A stretch of 64,000 nt of DNA, taken from Paramecium tetraurelia (taxonomy: Eukaryota). The notes below the pieces were generated by a model. The model did not search any database. It was not told where the DNA came from and saw nothing but the letters and a program-made list of their open reading frames with translations. The stretch spans positions 186,001-250,000 of the forward strand of contig CT868677.1 in NCBI GenBank assembly GCA_000165425.1. The letters are read 5' to 3'. Below are positions 28,793 through 43,317 of the stretch, in pieces (position 1 is the stretch's first letter; each line of letters opens with the position of its first letter). Both the position numbers and the translations under genes were made by a program.

Positions 28793-30843
28793 ATGTTAGA
28801 AATATAAATATATTTTATTTACTATCAATGTTCTCTTGTGATATCGTATCTATGCCCAACAAGTATCCTCGATATTTGGGATCTAGTGCCAGGTACTTTT
28901 GAATATCATCTATGTCATTAGTCAACCAGATCAACCAAGCTCTAGTCGAATCAAGAAACCTAATAGTAAGTTTAAACTACTGAGTGTAAAGACACCTATA
29001 TGATTATTAGTTACACACCATTAAGAAGGATGAGATCAAGAACTTTTATCATCACAGTTCCATCTACAATATTAAAGAGTATAAAGATTTGATCAAATCA
29101 CCCGTCTTTTTGTATTACTGATTCTAAACTAAGTTTAGCTTTGAAAGCAACACCACTAAACTAACAGACTTATAGACTAGAGTCCTTATTACAGATTTCT
29201 AAAGGAAGGTTGCTGCTTATCTCCTCAATAAAAAACTCTCCAATAGCAAGAACATGAAAAAGTATTATGCTGAACTCAAAGCAGCCTGCTCATAGAAGGA
29301 ATACGAATCCTAATAAATCATACTCCACACTCAACCAGAAGATAATCATTCCAAGGCTGAATGTAATACTGTTATGCATAAGTAGAATAAGAAATTGGCA
29401 TTGAAATTATGCTGATGGATAATAACAAGGTAATTGGGAGATAGGTAATCCCAAATGAGCGAATCTAAAATAGATTACTAAAATACATGGACAAATATCT
29501 GGATGATGATCAAATTGATTATGAAACTAAGTATTACATAATTATATTCAAGAATACATTTTATGACTCAATAATACTCTGAAATTGTAAAGAAAATTAA
29601 AACTAAAGCATTCAAAATAAAAGTACCTGAAAATTACACTCAATAAATGATTGATGAATATGCTCAAATCAGTGATAAGAAAAAGAGAGAATAGTTTGAT
29701 CAATAATTTGATTAGTTGGCTGATCAAATTATACAAACTATTCAATAGAGTTCTGAAACTCTTTCATCTTAAAAGGTTTCTTAAACAGATCTACAAAATT
29801 TGGATGAAGATATTTAGATCAACATTAAAACCTAAGTATTGACAGAACAATTATAATAATCTGTTGAATATTAGGAAGATTTGGATGAAGAATTAGATAA
29901 AAATCATAGGAAATTTAAGAAGATCATCAAGTTTGATAATTCCAATAAAAAATCAATTAAAAAACAATCAATTAGAATCTAAAACTAATCAGATACTGAT
30001 TTAATCTCATCATTCCTTGATCAAAGGAGTTCTAATCCTTAATTCTAAGCACAAGACCTTTCAGATCTTTCCCAAGAATTAAAAAGGTCCAAAATTAAAT
30101 ACATTGGATAATAGGATAATAATAAAAAAAAAAGCAACTTCGATTATTAATATACTGATTCTGATAATTTGGTTAACGAATCAAATTAGAAATAAACTAA
30201 TAATGAGAGATATAAATTTAAAAACATTTCTCGAAATTAACCAGGCTAAGTTGAATAAACAGATTTAATAGAATTCGATTATTCAAAAACAAAAAATGAT
30301 TATTAAAAAGACAATAAAATTCCAAGAAAATTGTCTTAAATTGATAATTCATTAAATCGATAAAGTGTTAGAAATTATTCAAATAATTATTCTCATTAAT
30401 AAAATTCTTCCTTAAATATTTATTCAAATTAGAGTTTGGATAAATTTGAAAACTCAAAAAGTAATAAGAACCTTATTTAAGATGACATAAGCAAAAGAAT
30501 TGAGTAGTAATTGTACTAAGTTCAATCAGTAATATAAAGAAAGAAATTTGGAGTGATCGATAAATTACTGGATGCCCAATCCGTTTTCGATGTGGAGATA
30601 TGTGTACATCATATTTAATTTATTAAGAGCTAGCTGATTTCCCCTTGAATAAGTCAATTTCTAATAACGGATAAGAGGATAAGTAAATTTTTCAATAATT
30701 GTAACTCTTTATTTAAATGTAGATTTGCTTGGTAAAAAGAAATAACATAGATCATTCCTATTCTAAATTAATTGAATCGAAAGTCCATGGATAATGAAAG
30801 CATTTTTGAGACTAAATCAGGAAGCAGTGATGATAATAACTGA
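28793..30843 (+). CDS. Hypothetical protein (5' end uncertain: ATG 28793 or 28828)
   Basis: Code-6 frames joined by several 20-27 nt introns; N/Q/K-rich middle; first in-frame TGA at 30841-30843. Confidence 0.6.
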
Positions 30844-31537
30844 TAATATTTTATTAATTAAAAAATCCTTTACTTTCGAAGTCATTCAAGTCCAAAGAGG
30901 AATGTAGAGAATCGCTGGACTTAACGTTAAAAAGTCAAAATTAATTGTTAAATTTGCACATCTACTTTCCTTCCCTGACAATCTCGTTTAACTTAATTTC
31001 AAAGAATGAATGAGTAATATAAAATATAACTAAAAATAAATAATTAGGATTCCAATTTACTAAAAGAAGCTTAATTGAGTTATTGAAAAAAAGACCAAAG
31101 AAGCTAATTGAATTCTATACAATTACCAAAATGTTTAATGGTTAAATGAAAGATTTAATCGAAAACTTTATAAAAGTCTTTTCTTTTCTAGATCGTAAAG
31201 TTAGAAACAATATGCTTGGGTACTTTTATGAAGGAGAGTGATGGGGTAAGAAATATTGCAATCAATTTTAGATGGCATTAAAGTTAATAGATAATAGTAT
31301 GTATTCTATTAATAAAAGCTTCCTTAAATTATTAAAACAAAGTGATTATTCATATTGATTGTAATTCTATTATGCTATTAATAAATTTAATTGAAAAATA
31401 TTAACACAAAATCTTTATTAAAGATATTTTTAAAGTTTAATAGAAAAAGAATTTATTATATAGCTGGATTAGTTTTTCTTGTACATTTAATTTATATAAT
31501 AGAATATATATAATAACACTTAGTTAAGTGCAAAATA

Positions 31538-33344
31538 ATGAATTAAGAGTCAATTATATTCAACCTTTTGCAATGTCAAGAATACTTACTGGATGAACAA
31601 TAAATTAAATATACCAAAGAGTAATAATTGCAAAAAGTGAAGGATTTAGTGGCTAATTTAATAGTAAAATACAAATCATTTGTAAATTAAATTGAAATAG
31701 AGGACTAGGTATATTTAATTACAATACCAATGGAAGTTCATAATTAAATATGCACAATCCAATTTGAATTACTGTTGAACTTTAAATGTAACGAAAATGA
31801 TTATAGAGTTATTTTGACAGATTCTTCTGGAAGGATTATTGTCAAAGAGAAAGTATATTTAAATTTAATTTAATAGAATATCAGAATATCTTTAAGTAGG
31901 TATATGCTGAGGTTAAATACTGGGTTAAGAATTGGTAGCTTTTATATTCATCCCCTAAATGGTTATATCGGCTTTAAACTCTAATGTTAAAGTGAATAGG
32001 GACTTCTTTTTTATTAAACAGAATCAGACTACTATAAATTCATTAATTATCTTGATACCTTAATTGAAACAGCACTCTATTCCGTACGCTTTCACTTCCT
32101 GAGAATAATGATATTAATCAATCGAATTGACATAAAGTAAATCTAAATCTATGAAAAATACATGATGATGAAGCGTTATCCAGAAATTGAAAAAATTGAG
32201 TGGAGGAAATTTCCTTAGGATATCATCCCACTTTTGTAAAGAATAAAAAATACATCTCAAACGTAAATTGATTAATCTAAATAAGTAATTTGAATGAGAC
32301 CTACAATAATGAATAATATAAAAAATACGGCCCAATAATTTCGAAATCAATGATAACTGAAAATAAAATTATAAACTAAATAAAGGTAGATTCCCCTAGT
32401 GATTTGTAAGTAGAAGAAAAACACGAAATAAACTCAGGAGGATTTAGTATTATTTATGGGAAGGACATCACATATTAGTTAGATAAGAATTAGGAAAAAA
32501 ACATTATGAAAAGACACTTTGCTATTAAGCTAGATAAAAGCCCAGAGACGAATAAAATAAAAAAAGAAATTAAGATACTCCAGACTTTGGCTCAAGAATT
32601 TGAATAGGATGAATAAAAAGGTTAAATGTAAAATTAAGAATTTTTCAAATTCACAGGGAAATGTCCTTACATAGCCTAATTCTATTATGTACCTGAAAAC
32701 ACCGATATCTTATTGATGGAAAGATATTACTATTCATCATTGGACAATTTTTCAAGGAGATAAGAGGAATTCCTAAGTATGTCTACAAAGATATTTCTGG
32801 CTCATAGTGTCGCCATGGGTCTCAGATACTGCCATAATTATAATATTATTCATATGGATATCAAACCAGCCAACATTCTCATATCAAAGGCTCTAGTGGC
32901 TAAAATTTCAGATTTTGGCGAGGCCATTTCCACGAAGGGAAATTAACAAAATTAAAAAGTAGGGAGAAGCATGCCTTACTGTGCTCCAGAAATGTTAAAT
33001 CCAAATTGGAAAGAAAATTTCACACCTGCTTATGATATCTTTTCATTCGGTGTTTTATTATTTGAATTATTGTTTGAAAGACACCCCATTGTATAATAAA
33101 TTTATTATTTTAGGATTTTAGATATTAAAATATAAAAATATTGGAAGATAAATACCAAAGATAAACATACTCAGTGAGGGTAAATATTGAAGAAGATAAA
33201 AGAAAAGGACCTTAAAAAATAATGAAATATTTATTAAATCTATGCTTAGCTTGTTTACAACCTGACCCAAAATGTCGACCAAATATAGATAAAATTGTAC
33301 TAATCTTAAAGGACTCACTTTCGTATATGGATAAAATGTATTGA
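31538..33344 (+). CDS. TKL-like non-RD protein kinase with an N-terminal YbjN/T3SS-chaperone-like domain
   Basis: ATG 31538 in AT-rich context. Kinase motifs NSGGFSIIY, FAIK, IIHMDIKPANILI, DFG, YCAPE, DIFSFG, CLQPDPKCRP. N-terminal SLSRYMLRLNTGLRIGSFYIHPLNGYIGFK segment. Confidence 0.8.
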
Positions 33345-33424
33345 GAGGTTGATTTGAATAAAATTTATTATTATTACTCTTTTATATTAAAAAAATGAAA
33401 AAAACTATATTATAATAATTTATT

Positions 33425-35819
33425 ATGAATTCTGAAGTTCATAATCAAATAAGAGATAAATTCTCTGAAGTTTTCAAAAGAGGATCTAATATTAATTAGG
33501 CGCATCCTTTTGAAGCATTTGCTATTCTATTCTTGTTAGTTGTTTGGCCATTTATGGAAACCCAAAAGCACCAAGAAGTTCATCTGACAATCAGAGTCCT
33601 ACTATTATCATCATTAATGGGGATACTGAAGAAATCAAAGAAATAAATTTAAATAAATGGGAATGTAGTGATGTGCCTCGGTATTATCATACAAATATTG
33701 AGTGCCATCTTATATATCTATCATAAGTAAAGGTAAATGAGTATTATAATATTATCAAAGCAACGAACATTGTCAAAACTACCTTGTAACAGTTGGTTTC
33801 TTGTTGTTTATTTGTAATCGATTTTCTTTAACTAATGTGCGGATTATCTCTTATTCAATTTCGTTACTCTCCTTAATCATTCAGGTACTGTTCCAAACCC
33901 AAGTCATTATCATTCTCAAGTATAGTGCTCTGGCAGTCATAGGTATAGAAGGTTCGATCTGGAAAATGAATTATTGGAATAAAGAATAAAATAAGAAATT
34001 GCATGATTTTGGAAGAGAATTGGAATTTTTGAAAGATGAATACATCGAGTAAATTAATAAGATAAACGAGAAGGTAGAGTCTCCAATTTAGGAACAAATC
34101 TCCTCTAGGGCTAATGATTTATTAAGGAAACTGAGATTATTAAAATACCAGTAATTATTAATTAAAAGTAATAATGTTCAGAAAGGAATAACACGTAAAC
34201 CCAATAAATTAAACACCGATATTCATAAAAATTCATTTTCAGCTAGATAATTGCCAGATCAACATGATGATGATCGTAGTTCAATAGACGAGAGTCTAAT
34301 TGAAGATGCTGGTAATCAGAATAACAATCACAATGATTCCAATAATAATGGCATAAATTAAAATCCTCCGATATTTATTAGAAAATCTTAAAGAATGATG
34401 ACTAGTGCAACAGATTAAATTCAATATAGAAATAATGAAAATTCGCACAGTGCATCATTTTAAGAGAAGAATCAGGAAGAGGTTCAAATTACTATTGAGG
34501 ATATTGATGATTTACTGAATTTACTATCGAGTAAAAAGGACACCATATGGCTTCCTAAGTTTTTAAGAAGTAATCAATTGATCAATGAACAGGAAGGTTT
34601 CACTATAGATGCAAAATAGTAAGAATAGTCATTTATGATTATAGATTTCTACTTTCCCATTTTACTTAAAGGTAGCCTTCATTTTAATTTATTGATGTTA
34701 TAGAAGATTCAGATTCTGAAGAAGTATTTGATGAAATTGATTTTAATATGGATTATTTGCAATTTTGGAAATTGTAGGATAATACTTAAACTAGAGTGTT
34801 TATTGAAACATCCATTAATTTATTTAAAAGATTTAGAATAGCTTAAACATTAAAGATTACAAAATAAGATATGATTGGTGATTTTGCCCTTAAATTATTT
34901 ACCTAGTATCATAACAATTTGTACCATAATTCATTGCACGCATTGGATGTAGCCAATTCAACTGCCTTCTTTTTAAACAATGGACTAGATGCATAATTAG
35001 ATGAATTTGAATTTGCTTGTTTAATAGTCTCTTCCCTTGCTCATGATTTAGGTCATCCTGGATTGAATAATGGATTTATGACTACAAATAGATGTAAATT
35101 AGCACTTTTATGTATGAATATCCTTAAACTAAAATAGACAATGATTAGAGTGTATTGGAAAATTACCATTCATTCCTCTTATTTTAAATTTTACAATAGG
35201 AACAGTTTAATTTAATTTAAAATCTTGGGTTGCCAGATTAGAAGGGATTTAGAAAATATTGTTTAAATCTAATTTTAGACACAGATCTCACAAAACATTT
35301 CTAATTGATGAATAGATTTTAGAACTACTTGGACTTATCAGAATCTCAAGTTACTGATAAATCATTAGTGATGTCTATTTGTATAAAGTGTGCAGGTATT
35401 CTTCATTTAGATTCAAGATGTTGGTCATGGAGCGAAATAACTTAAAATGCATAAGTTATGGAGTCGTAGAATTATTGAAGAATTCTTTTTATAGGGAGAC
35501 TTGGAAGATTATTTGAAAGTTCCTATATCTCCTATGTGCGATAGAAAATAGAGTGTCGTAAAGTCATAGGAAGGGTTTCTAAAGGCAATTGTGCTACCAA
35601 TGTTTAATGCTTTTGCTAAATTATTATAAAAGTATCTTATGATATTATGTATTTAGTGAGAAAGTGAATTCAATATGTTTGTCGTAGATCCATTAAAATT
35701 TATAATATTGGCAATAGCAGATAAATGATGAAGAATTTATGAAGGAGACCTATGTTGAATCTTCAGGAGTAGAAAACTTAAAGAAATTTTTGAATTAGCC
35801 CCTATAACTTAATTTATGA
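33425..35819 (+). CDS. Class I cyclic nucleotide phosphodiesterase with N-terminal transmembrane region
   Basis: YHNSLHALDV, AHDLGHPGLNN, SVLENYH, DTDLTKHF, EEFFLQGDLE, PISPMCDR, SQEGFL; several hydrophobic helices at 33500-33980. Confidence 0.92.
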
Positions 35820-35911
35820 ATATAAAAATAATATTAGAATTGATATGGATTCTAAACGAATTTAAGATGGCAGAAATAATAAATTTAGAGATTTATAATA
35901 TTTGTTTGAGT

Positions 35912-37588
<1,677 letters not shown>

Positions 37589-37605
37589 TTATTATTTAAT
37601 TTAAT

Positions 37606-38305
37606 ATGCACAGGAATCTGTTTATTCAGACCCCTTTGATTTAATCCCCTCCTTCCATGTTTGTACCAAACCATTCCTAAATGAGGAATTTATCTCCTGC
37701 TAATTCGTATCTCTTCGCCTAAGGTTCTCCCACTTCGCCGCTATTCTATGATCGATATTCTTCTCAAAATCCACGAGACTCCAATATTTACTGTAGATAT
37801 TTAAATTTCACCCTCCTAGTTAAATCCAACGAACCTGCCCATAGTTCTTACTTCCCAGAATAATCCAATATGGTTCAACAAAAGAATTATTTTTTGAATC
37901 CTAATAAAAACCTTAAGCACAGCAAAAGTCCACCAGCAGGGCAAGATATCTCCTATACTCACAAGATAGTCTATCATGATGGATCCACATATTATGGTGA
38001 AACTAAAGATTAAATGAGACATGGCAAAGGGACACTCTACAGTTCTGACAACCATTTAATATATATCGGAGAATGGAAAGAAGATAAATATCATGGATTG
38101 GGAATTTTAAATAAAGGAAATTTAAGATACAAAGGCTACTTCGAAGAGGGTTTTGGTTAGTGGAGAAGCAATCGAGGAAAGCAAAACATTTAAATTCTAT
38201 GGTTTCTTCAAGAAGGGTAAGCGAAATGGCCCAGGGTCTTTGTATAGTAAGAATCAAGTCACGCAAGGCTTCTGGAAGGACAACCTTATTTAAGATATTT
38301 GTTGA
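37606..38305 (+). CDS. MORN-repeat protein with an apparent +1 frameshift at 38151-38154 (pseudogene or assembly error)
   Basis: YYGETKDQMRHGKG, YIGEWKEDKYHGLG, YKGYFEEG, then the MORN units FYGFFKKGKRNGPG and GFWKDN continue only in the next frame. Confidence 0.75.
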
Positions 38306-38352
38306 AGTCTATAATAATAGCATTTTCCTACAATTTTTATTTATATAACTTT

Positions 38353-39093
38353 ATGAAACACATTGAATGCCCTATCAAATTAGCTTCAGCTTCAGTACAA
38401 TTCCCAAGTTCACAATTCTTCAACACAAGCAAAGCCAGAAACTAGATATTGTGTAGAATCTATGGCCATTTCATATTTGGATTCACTCAGTAGAGTCCCA
38501 AAGATTACTACTCAAAATATAGCATCTAAGTGGAAGGTAATAATTACACCTATGAATTGAGGAAGACTCCTAGATAAAATTCAGGAATGGGCTGAATATA
38601 TGAGGTACCAAAATCTACCCAAAGTGATCCTCAATAAAAAGGATGAGAATGATAATTCCGTCATTTAATACTTTTTTCCAGATGATGATAATATTGGATG
38701 GATCTACAATGATGAAAATATCCATTTGAATATCCTTAGCACAAACCTCATTTCTGGAGTCTGCATAGATCGTTCAAAAAACCTTGAAAAAAAGAATTAC
38801 TCCATGTTCTAAGAAAAAACTACTTTCACCTATAAATTCTCAGTAAAGTTTAAATAATAAACTAGGCCAAACACATTCCAGAAGCTCCACCAAGCCAATC
38901 TTTCATGCAGCATCAAATTGAATTCATTTCAAATCGATTCCCACAATTAGAGGGCAATCCTGAAGAAGGATATCGTCGCCATATACTGCAAATTGAAACA
39001 CTTGCAGGACGCAAATGGTTTGAAAAAATTGGAGATTATTATATTACAGATGTAGATAATTGTTTAGAAGGAAATCCACATTTAATTTAATGA
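38353..39093 (+). CDS. Hypothetical protein (weak Rgp1/arrestin-like impression)
   Basis: MKHIECPIKLASASVQF..., two introns (25 and 23 nt), FTYKFSAKHIPEAPPS, TGA at 39091-39093. Confidence 0.65.
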
Positions 39094-39576
39094 ATTATTA
39101 TAAAAATGACAAAAGACATTAATCACAGCCTTCACTATGGAGCTTAAATTAGCCCTAACCTAAGATTAAATCGATACCAAAGATCAATCACAAACGTCTT
39201 GTTTTACCAGTTATCACTCAGAACCCTGGAGTAGGCTATTACTCTCCCAATCTTTAAAGCATTTACTCAAACCCAAAAATTACTCGATTAAGAAGCGTCA
39301 CTAAAATACCAACTCTCCATGAATTCTCTAATGATAAGATAAATATCCAAAAAAGCCATAAAAAAAACTCTCAGAAATATACAATATTGGAAATGCTTCT
39401 GAAAGAGGTCGATGAAGAGGTGGACTAGGATATGAGAGACAATCCAGTATTTATATATATATAATAAGAAATGTGTTAAAACTCCTCTCTAACTTTAACC
39501 ATTAAATGACAACTTTATCGAATAATTAAAGCACATCAAGGCCAACTTGCAAAAAGTGTTAAGGAAGAAATTATGA
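39090..39576 (+). CDS. Hypothetical protein with a SHIPPO-1-like PGVGYYSP motif
   Basis: Frame MNYYKNDKRHQSQPSLW.. opens at ATG 39090, overlapping the upstream TGA; one 20-nt intron; TGA at 39574-39576. Confidence 0.65.
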
Positions 39577-39682
39577 ATTCATATATATTACTATATTCAT
39601 TTTTCACAGTATCGCTTCACAACACATATAAATCAAACTTCATAATAGAGTAATGTATTATGTTATATGATTTTTTAATAGA

Positions 39683-40762
39683 TCATTCTCCTTTTTCATC
39701 TTTCTTTTACAATTACTACTTCTCCTATTAAAGTTCTTTTCCTTTCTCAATATAATCTTCAAGATCAGAATATGCTTCAATCCAATCAATTAATAAACAA
39801 AAGAAGGCTTAGGCAATATCAGGTGTTCTAATATATGAAACTTAATTCTAAAATTTATGGTACTCTTTTTTCTATCATTATAATACTGACTGTAATACCA
39901 AATAACTATTCATTTAAGACAATACTTCCTTCTTTAGATCAGTGTCATTCTGTTTATCCATTTTGCAATATTCTTATTGCTTTTTGCGTTAATCGTCTTG
40001 TTACGCTTCGTTTTAATCTAATGACATCAAATCTAGTTTTCCCTCTGTGTTAACCTCCTGAGATTTCAAAGATTGGTAATTTTAGAAGAAATATGCTGTG
40101 ATAATACTAATTATTGATATGTCTTAATAAGCATTCTTTTTTAGATGTCTACTAAGCCAGCCCATAAAAATGGAGATTACATAAATGACATTTAATTAGC
40201 CATCAAGTTAATGAAATATGCCCTTAAGATTAGAAAATGTGAATTCCTCCAATTCATTTGTTAATGTAAGAGGATCTTTGAAATCCCAAATTGCTTCCTG
40301 ATCAATTACCTTTTTATTTAATTCTTCCAATTCCTTCAAAACTTTGTTATAAATGGTAAGATAATTTGTTCCTTAAAATAGATCTTCATTTAATGATTTA
40401 ATTGGGTCAATGGGTTATTTCAAATAATGTCTGATGCAATTATTCGACGAATCTTCCTCTTCATTACTCTGCCCTAATTTACCCAAAAACTCAAAGATTT
40501 AATCCTCCTTTTCATGCTATTTTTGTTCATCCATATTAGTCTATTGTTTTCAATTACAATTTACTCTTGGTTTTGTTTTATCACGCTTGATTTCTTCCAA
40601 AGGTCTTGGTGTACTGTACTACTTAGGCCATTTAGAATCATGTTTAGTTTTGCAATGAGTATAAAATGCCGGATAGGAAAGATAGGATTTACAACACTCT
40701 AAGCATTTCCATTCTCCATCTTCTTTATCATTCTATTTTCTCTTTTGCTTTTTCTCACTCAT
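39683..40762 (-). CDS. C2H2 zinc-finger protein, ciliate-expanded KSYLSYPA family
   Basis: WKCLECCKSYLSYPAFYTHCKTKH near the N-terminus; TGA at 39683-39685. Confidence 0.82.
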
Positions 40763-41342
40763 TAATTATAAATATATGTAATTAAATCTTATGCCAACAC
40801 TATTCAATAACACTAATATTAATAAAGATCAAAGCCTTTTTATTTAACTTTTTATTCATTAAAATAATCCAAAAACAGATTAATTGTAAATGGTAACAAA
40901 TAAATAGATTATATTATCATGTGATTAACTATTTCTTTAAATTAAATTTTTAAGAATTAATTATTATTTTTCTCCAATTATATTATATATAATATATTTA
41001 TATTAATTCTTATTTTATAATTTTTTACTATCCATTCCAAACTTATAGCTATTCGATTTCAGTGATTTGATATTTCATTTCAATGATTCAAAAAATATTT
41101 TTTCACTTAAACTCAAACCTTAGACCTTGTTGCTAAAATTTAAATTATATATAAAATTAAACTATTAGCTTCTTTATTTCAGAATATGTAATATTTCATT
41201 GAATTTATGGTTTACGAGTATTGAAACAAGGATATCTAATTGAACATAACAATATTTTTTTGTTATTTTTAACAATTACAAAATTCATAAAGATAGAAAA
41301 AAAAAGATAGAAATTCTATATTTTGGTATATAGAGAGATTGA

Positions 41343-42296
41343 ATGTCGATAATCATTATTAAAAATAACAAAAACATGGTTAAATAACCCAAATGCCAAA
41401 TAAAAAGTAAGTCATAAGCTCCATACAATATTCCCTAATTTCTCTATAGATCTAGATATGAAATTGTGCAATAATCTAAAATTACAACAAATTTAAACTT
41501 ATTGGAACTTCTTTCTGGTTATTCAATGGTATTTTGGAAGGAAAAATATGGCTTTTTGACTTCATAAATCATTAAACACCTTCCTTCAGATGATAAAAAA
41601 AAAAGAGCAATAGAAAAAGTAGACAAAATTGTGAATAATCCAAACAAAAATATTTTCAAACCTAAGGATTTGTATTTTACGAAAGCAGATTATTTAGAAT
41701 TTTTGGAAGCTATCGAAGAAAAATAACTCATTCCTGATACTCTAGATTCTATTAGGAAAAGAATAGGTGAATATACTATAAAGGAAGATGATTCACCTAA
41801 CCAGGATTTAATCAAAAACATACTCCAGAGGTCCTAAGCTATATTAATGAAAGGTCCCTTGTAATGTAAATACAATGAGTTAAAACAAATTAGAATTGAG
41901 ATCGATGGTTTGTATAAGTTACTTTAAGGTAAAAAAAAACTAGTCCATAAAAGCAAGGTAAGATCAGGTTCTAAAGGTCTTAATGAAGATGATAAATAGG
42001 AAGAAAAGCCATTTAATTTGACAGATTAAGAAGCTATAGAGTAAGAAGAGGAAGGGTAGTAAATGAGTTGGAATTTTTATGAATAAAAATATAGGTAAAC
42101 TTAACAAGTTGATTACATGAATGATAGTAATAATATTTTAGGGCTACATTAGACTGACGAGATGATAAATGATGAAGATAAGATAATATTCTAAGCTAAT
42201 GACTATAATTTAGGGCAACATTAGACTGACGAGATGATAAATGATGGAGTTAGGATAATATTCTATGATAATGACAATAATTTATGGTTAAATTGA
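41343..42296 (+). CDS. Hypothetical protein with C-terminal 24-aa tandem repeats (start 41343 or 41376)
   Basis: Uninterrupted code-6 frame ending at TGA 42294-42296. Confidence 0.7.
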
Positions 42297-42335
42297 ACTG
42301 ACGATATGAAAACTGATGGAAGTAGGATAATTTTT
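42138..42335 (+). repeat. 72-bp tandem repeat, about 2.7 copies
   Basis: Units start at 42138, 42210 and 42282 and share TTAGGG..CATTAGACTGACGAGATGATAAATGATG..GATAAT. Confidence 0.9.
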
Positions 42336-42606
42336 TTTATTCGTTCTGGCGCAAATATATGAAAAATGATATATATAACATAAATAAGTAATATTTTGAT
42401 CGTCTTATTAGAATATGAACAATATCATATTATTTTTAATTTTTTGAATTCTTCTCATAACAACTTTTTAAAGTTTTCAATTCTAACTTAACATTTAAAT
42501 AGATAATTATAAGGATCTACATCTAATTAAATTATCTTGAGAAAAAGAGAAATCTATTTAACTTATATTTATTGGTATATAATTATATATTTATTTAAAT
42601 AATTTA

Positions 42607-43317
42607 ATGAGTAATAATTTGAACACTTCTGAAATATATAATAATGCTGCTGCTCTCTAGATGCTTTTGCATGCTTTGTGCAAGTCAGTGTCCCATACAG
42701 ATGAAGAATTCAACCTCAAATATGACGTTTACGAGGCAAATCAATTTTTTTATTTTAGAGATTGATGAGAACCTATAATCGATGGGGATATGGTGCCTAG
42801 ATGACAACCTTTGGATCACTAACATATTATTGTTTGAAGGCAAATGGAGCCAAGAGCAAATTAACGCTAGGGTTTTTGTATATATACTGGATAAATCATT
42901 TCTTCACTGTCGGCAGTTTTATTGGAGTGACCATCTCTTTACCTTGGGCAATGAGACATTTGCAATAAGCAGATTAGAAATCCAATCTATATTAATAATT
43001 GGCACAAATTTAAAATCTAATTAGAAATCGTAAAGATGAATCAGATAGTGAATTAAATAACATGTTCTATGCATTAAGAGTAATCAACAATGAAGTAAAT
43101 TTATATTAATACTATATTCTTATAGAAAGTTTAAGAACAGAAGAGAACTCAATTAGTGGAAAATGACTTTTTCGATAAACATCCAGAATATGTACCATAG
43201 GTAATGTAAGAGAATCTTCGACTTCCTTATTTGGATTATTTCTTGGTGCGATTTGCATATTTTACATTTACAAGATGGATTACAAGAGTCGGACAATTTG
43301 CAGGATTTATACAATGA
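42607..43317 (+). CDS. Hypothetical membrane protein
   Basis: MSNNLNTSEIYNNAAALQMLLHALCK.., intron ending at 42758, two hydrophobic segments, 31-nt intron 43095-43125, TGA at 43315-43317. Confidence 0.65.

Noticed and set aside
42138..42335. CRISPR-like array or telomeric TTAGGG in the 72-bp repeat
   Set aside because: The units are similar along their whole length with no unique spacers, lie in a coding frame, have no cas genes nearby, and are not Paramecium telomere repeats.
42644..43039. Alternative open frame inside the 42607-43317 gene
   Set aside because: With only one stop codon, long off-frame ORFs are common, and this one has no recognisable motif.
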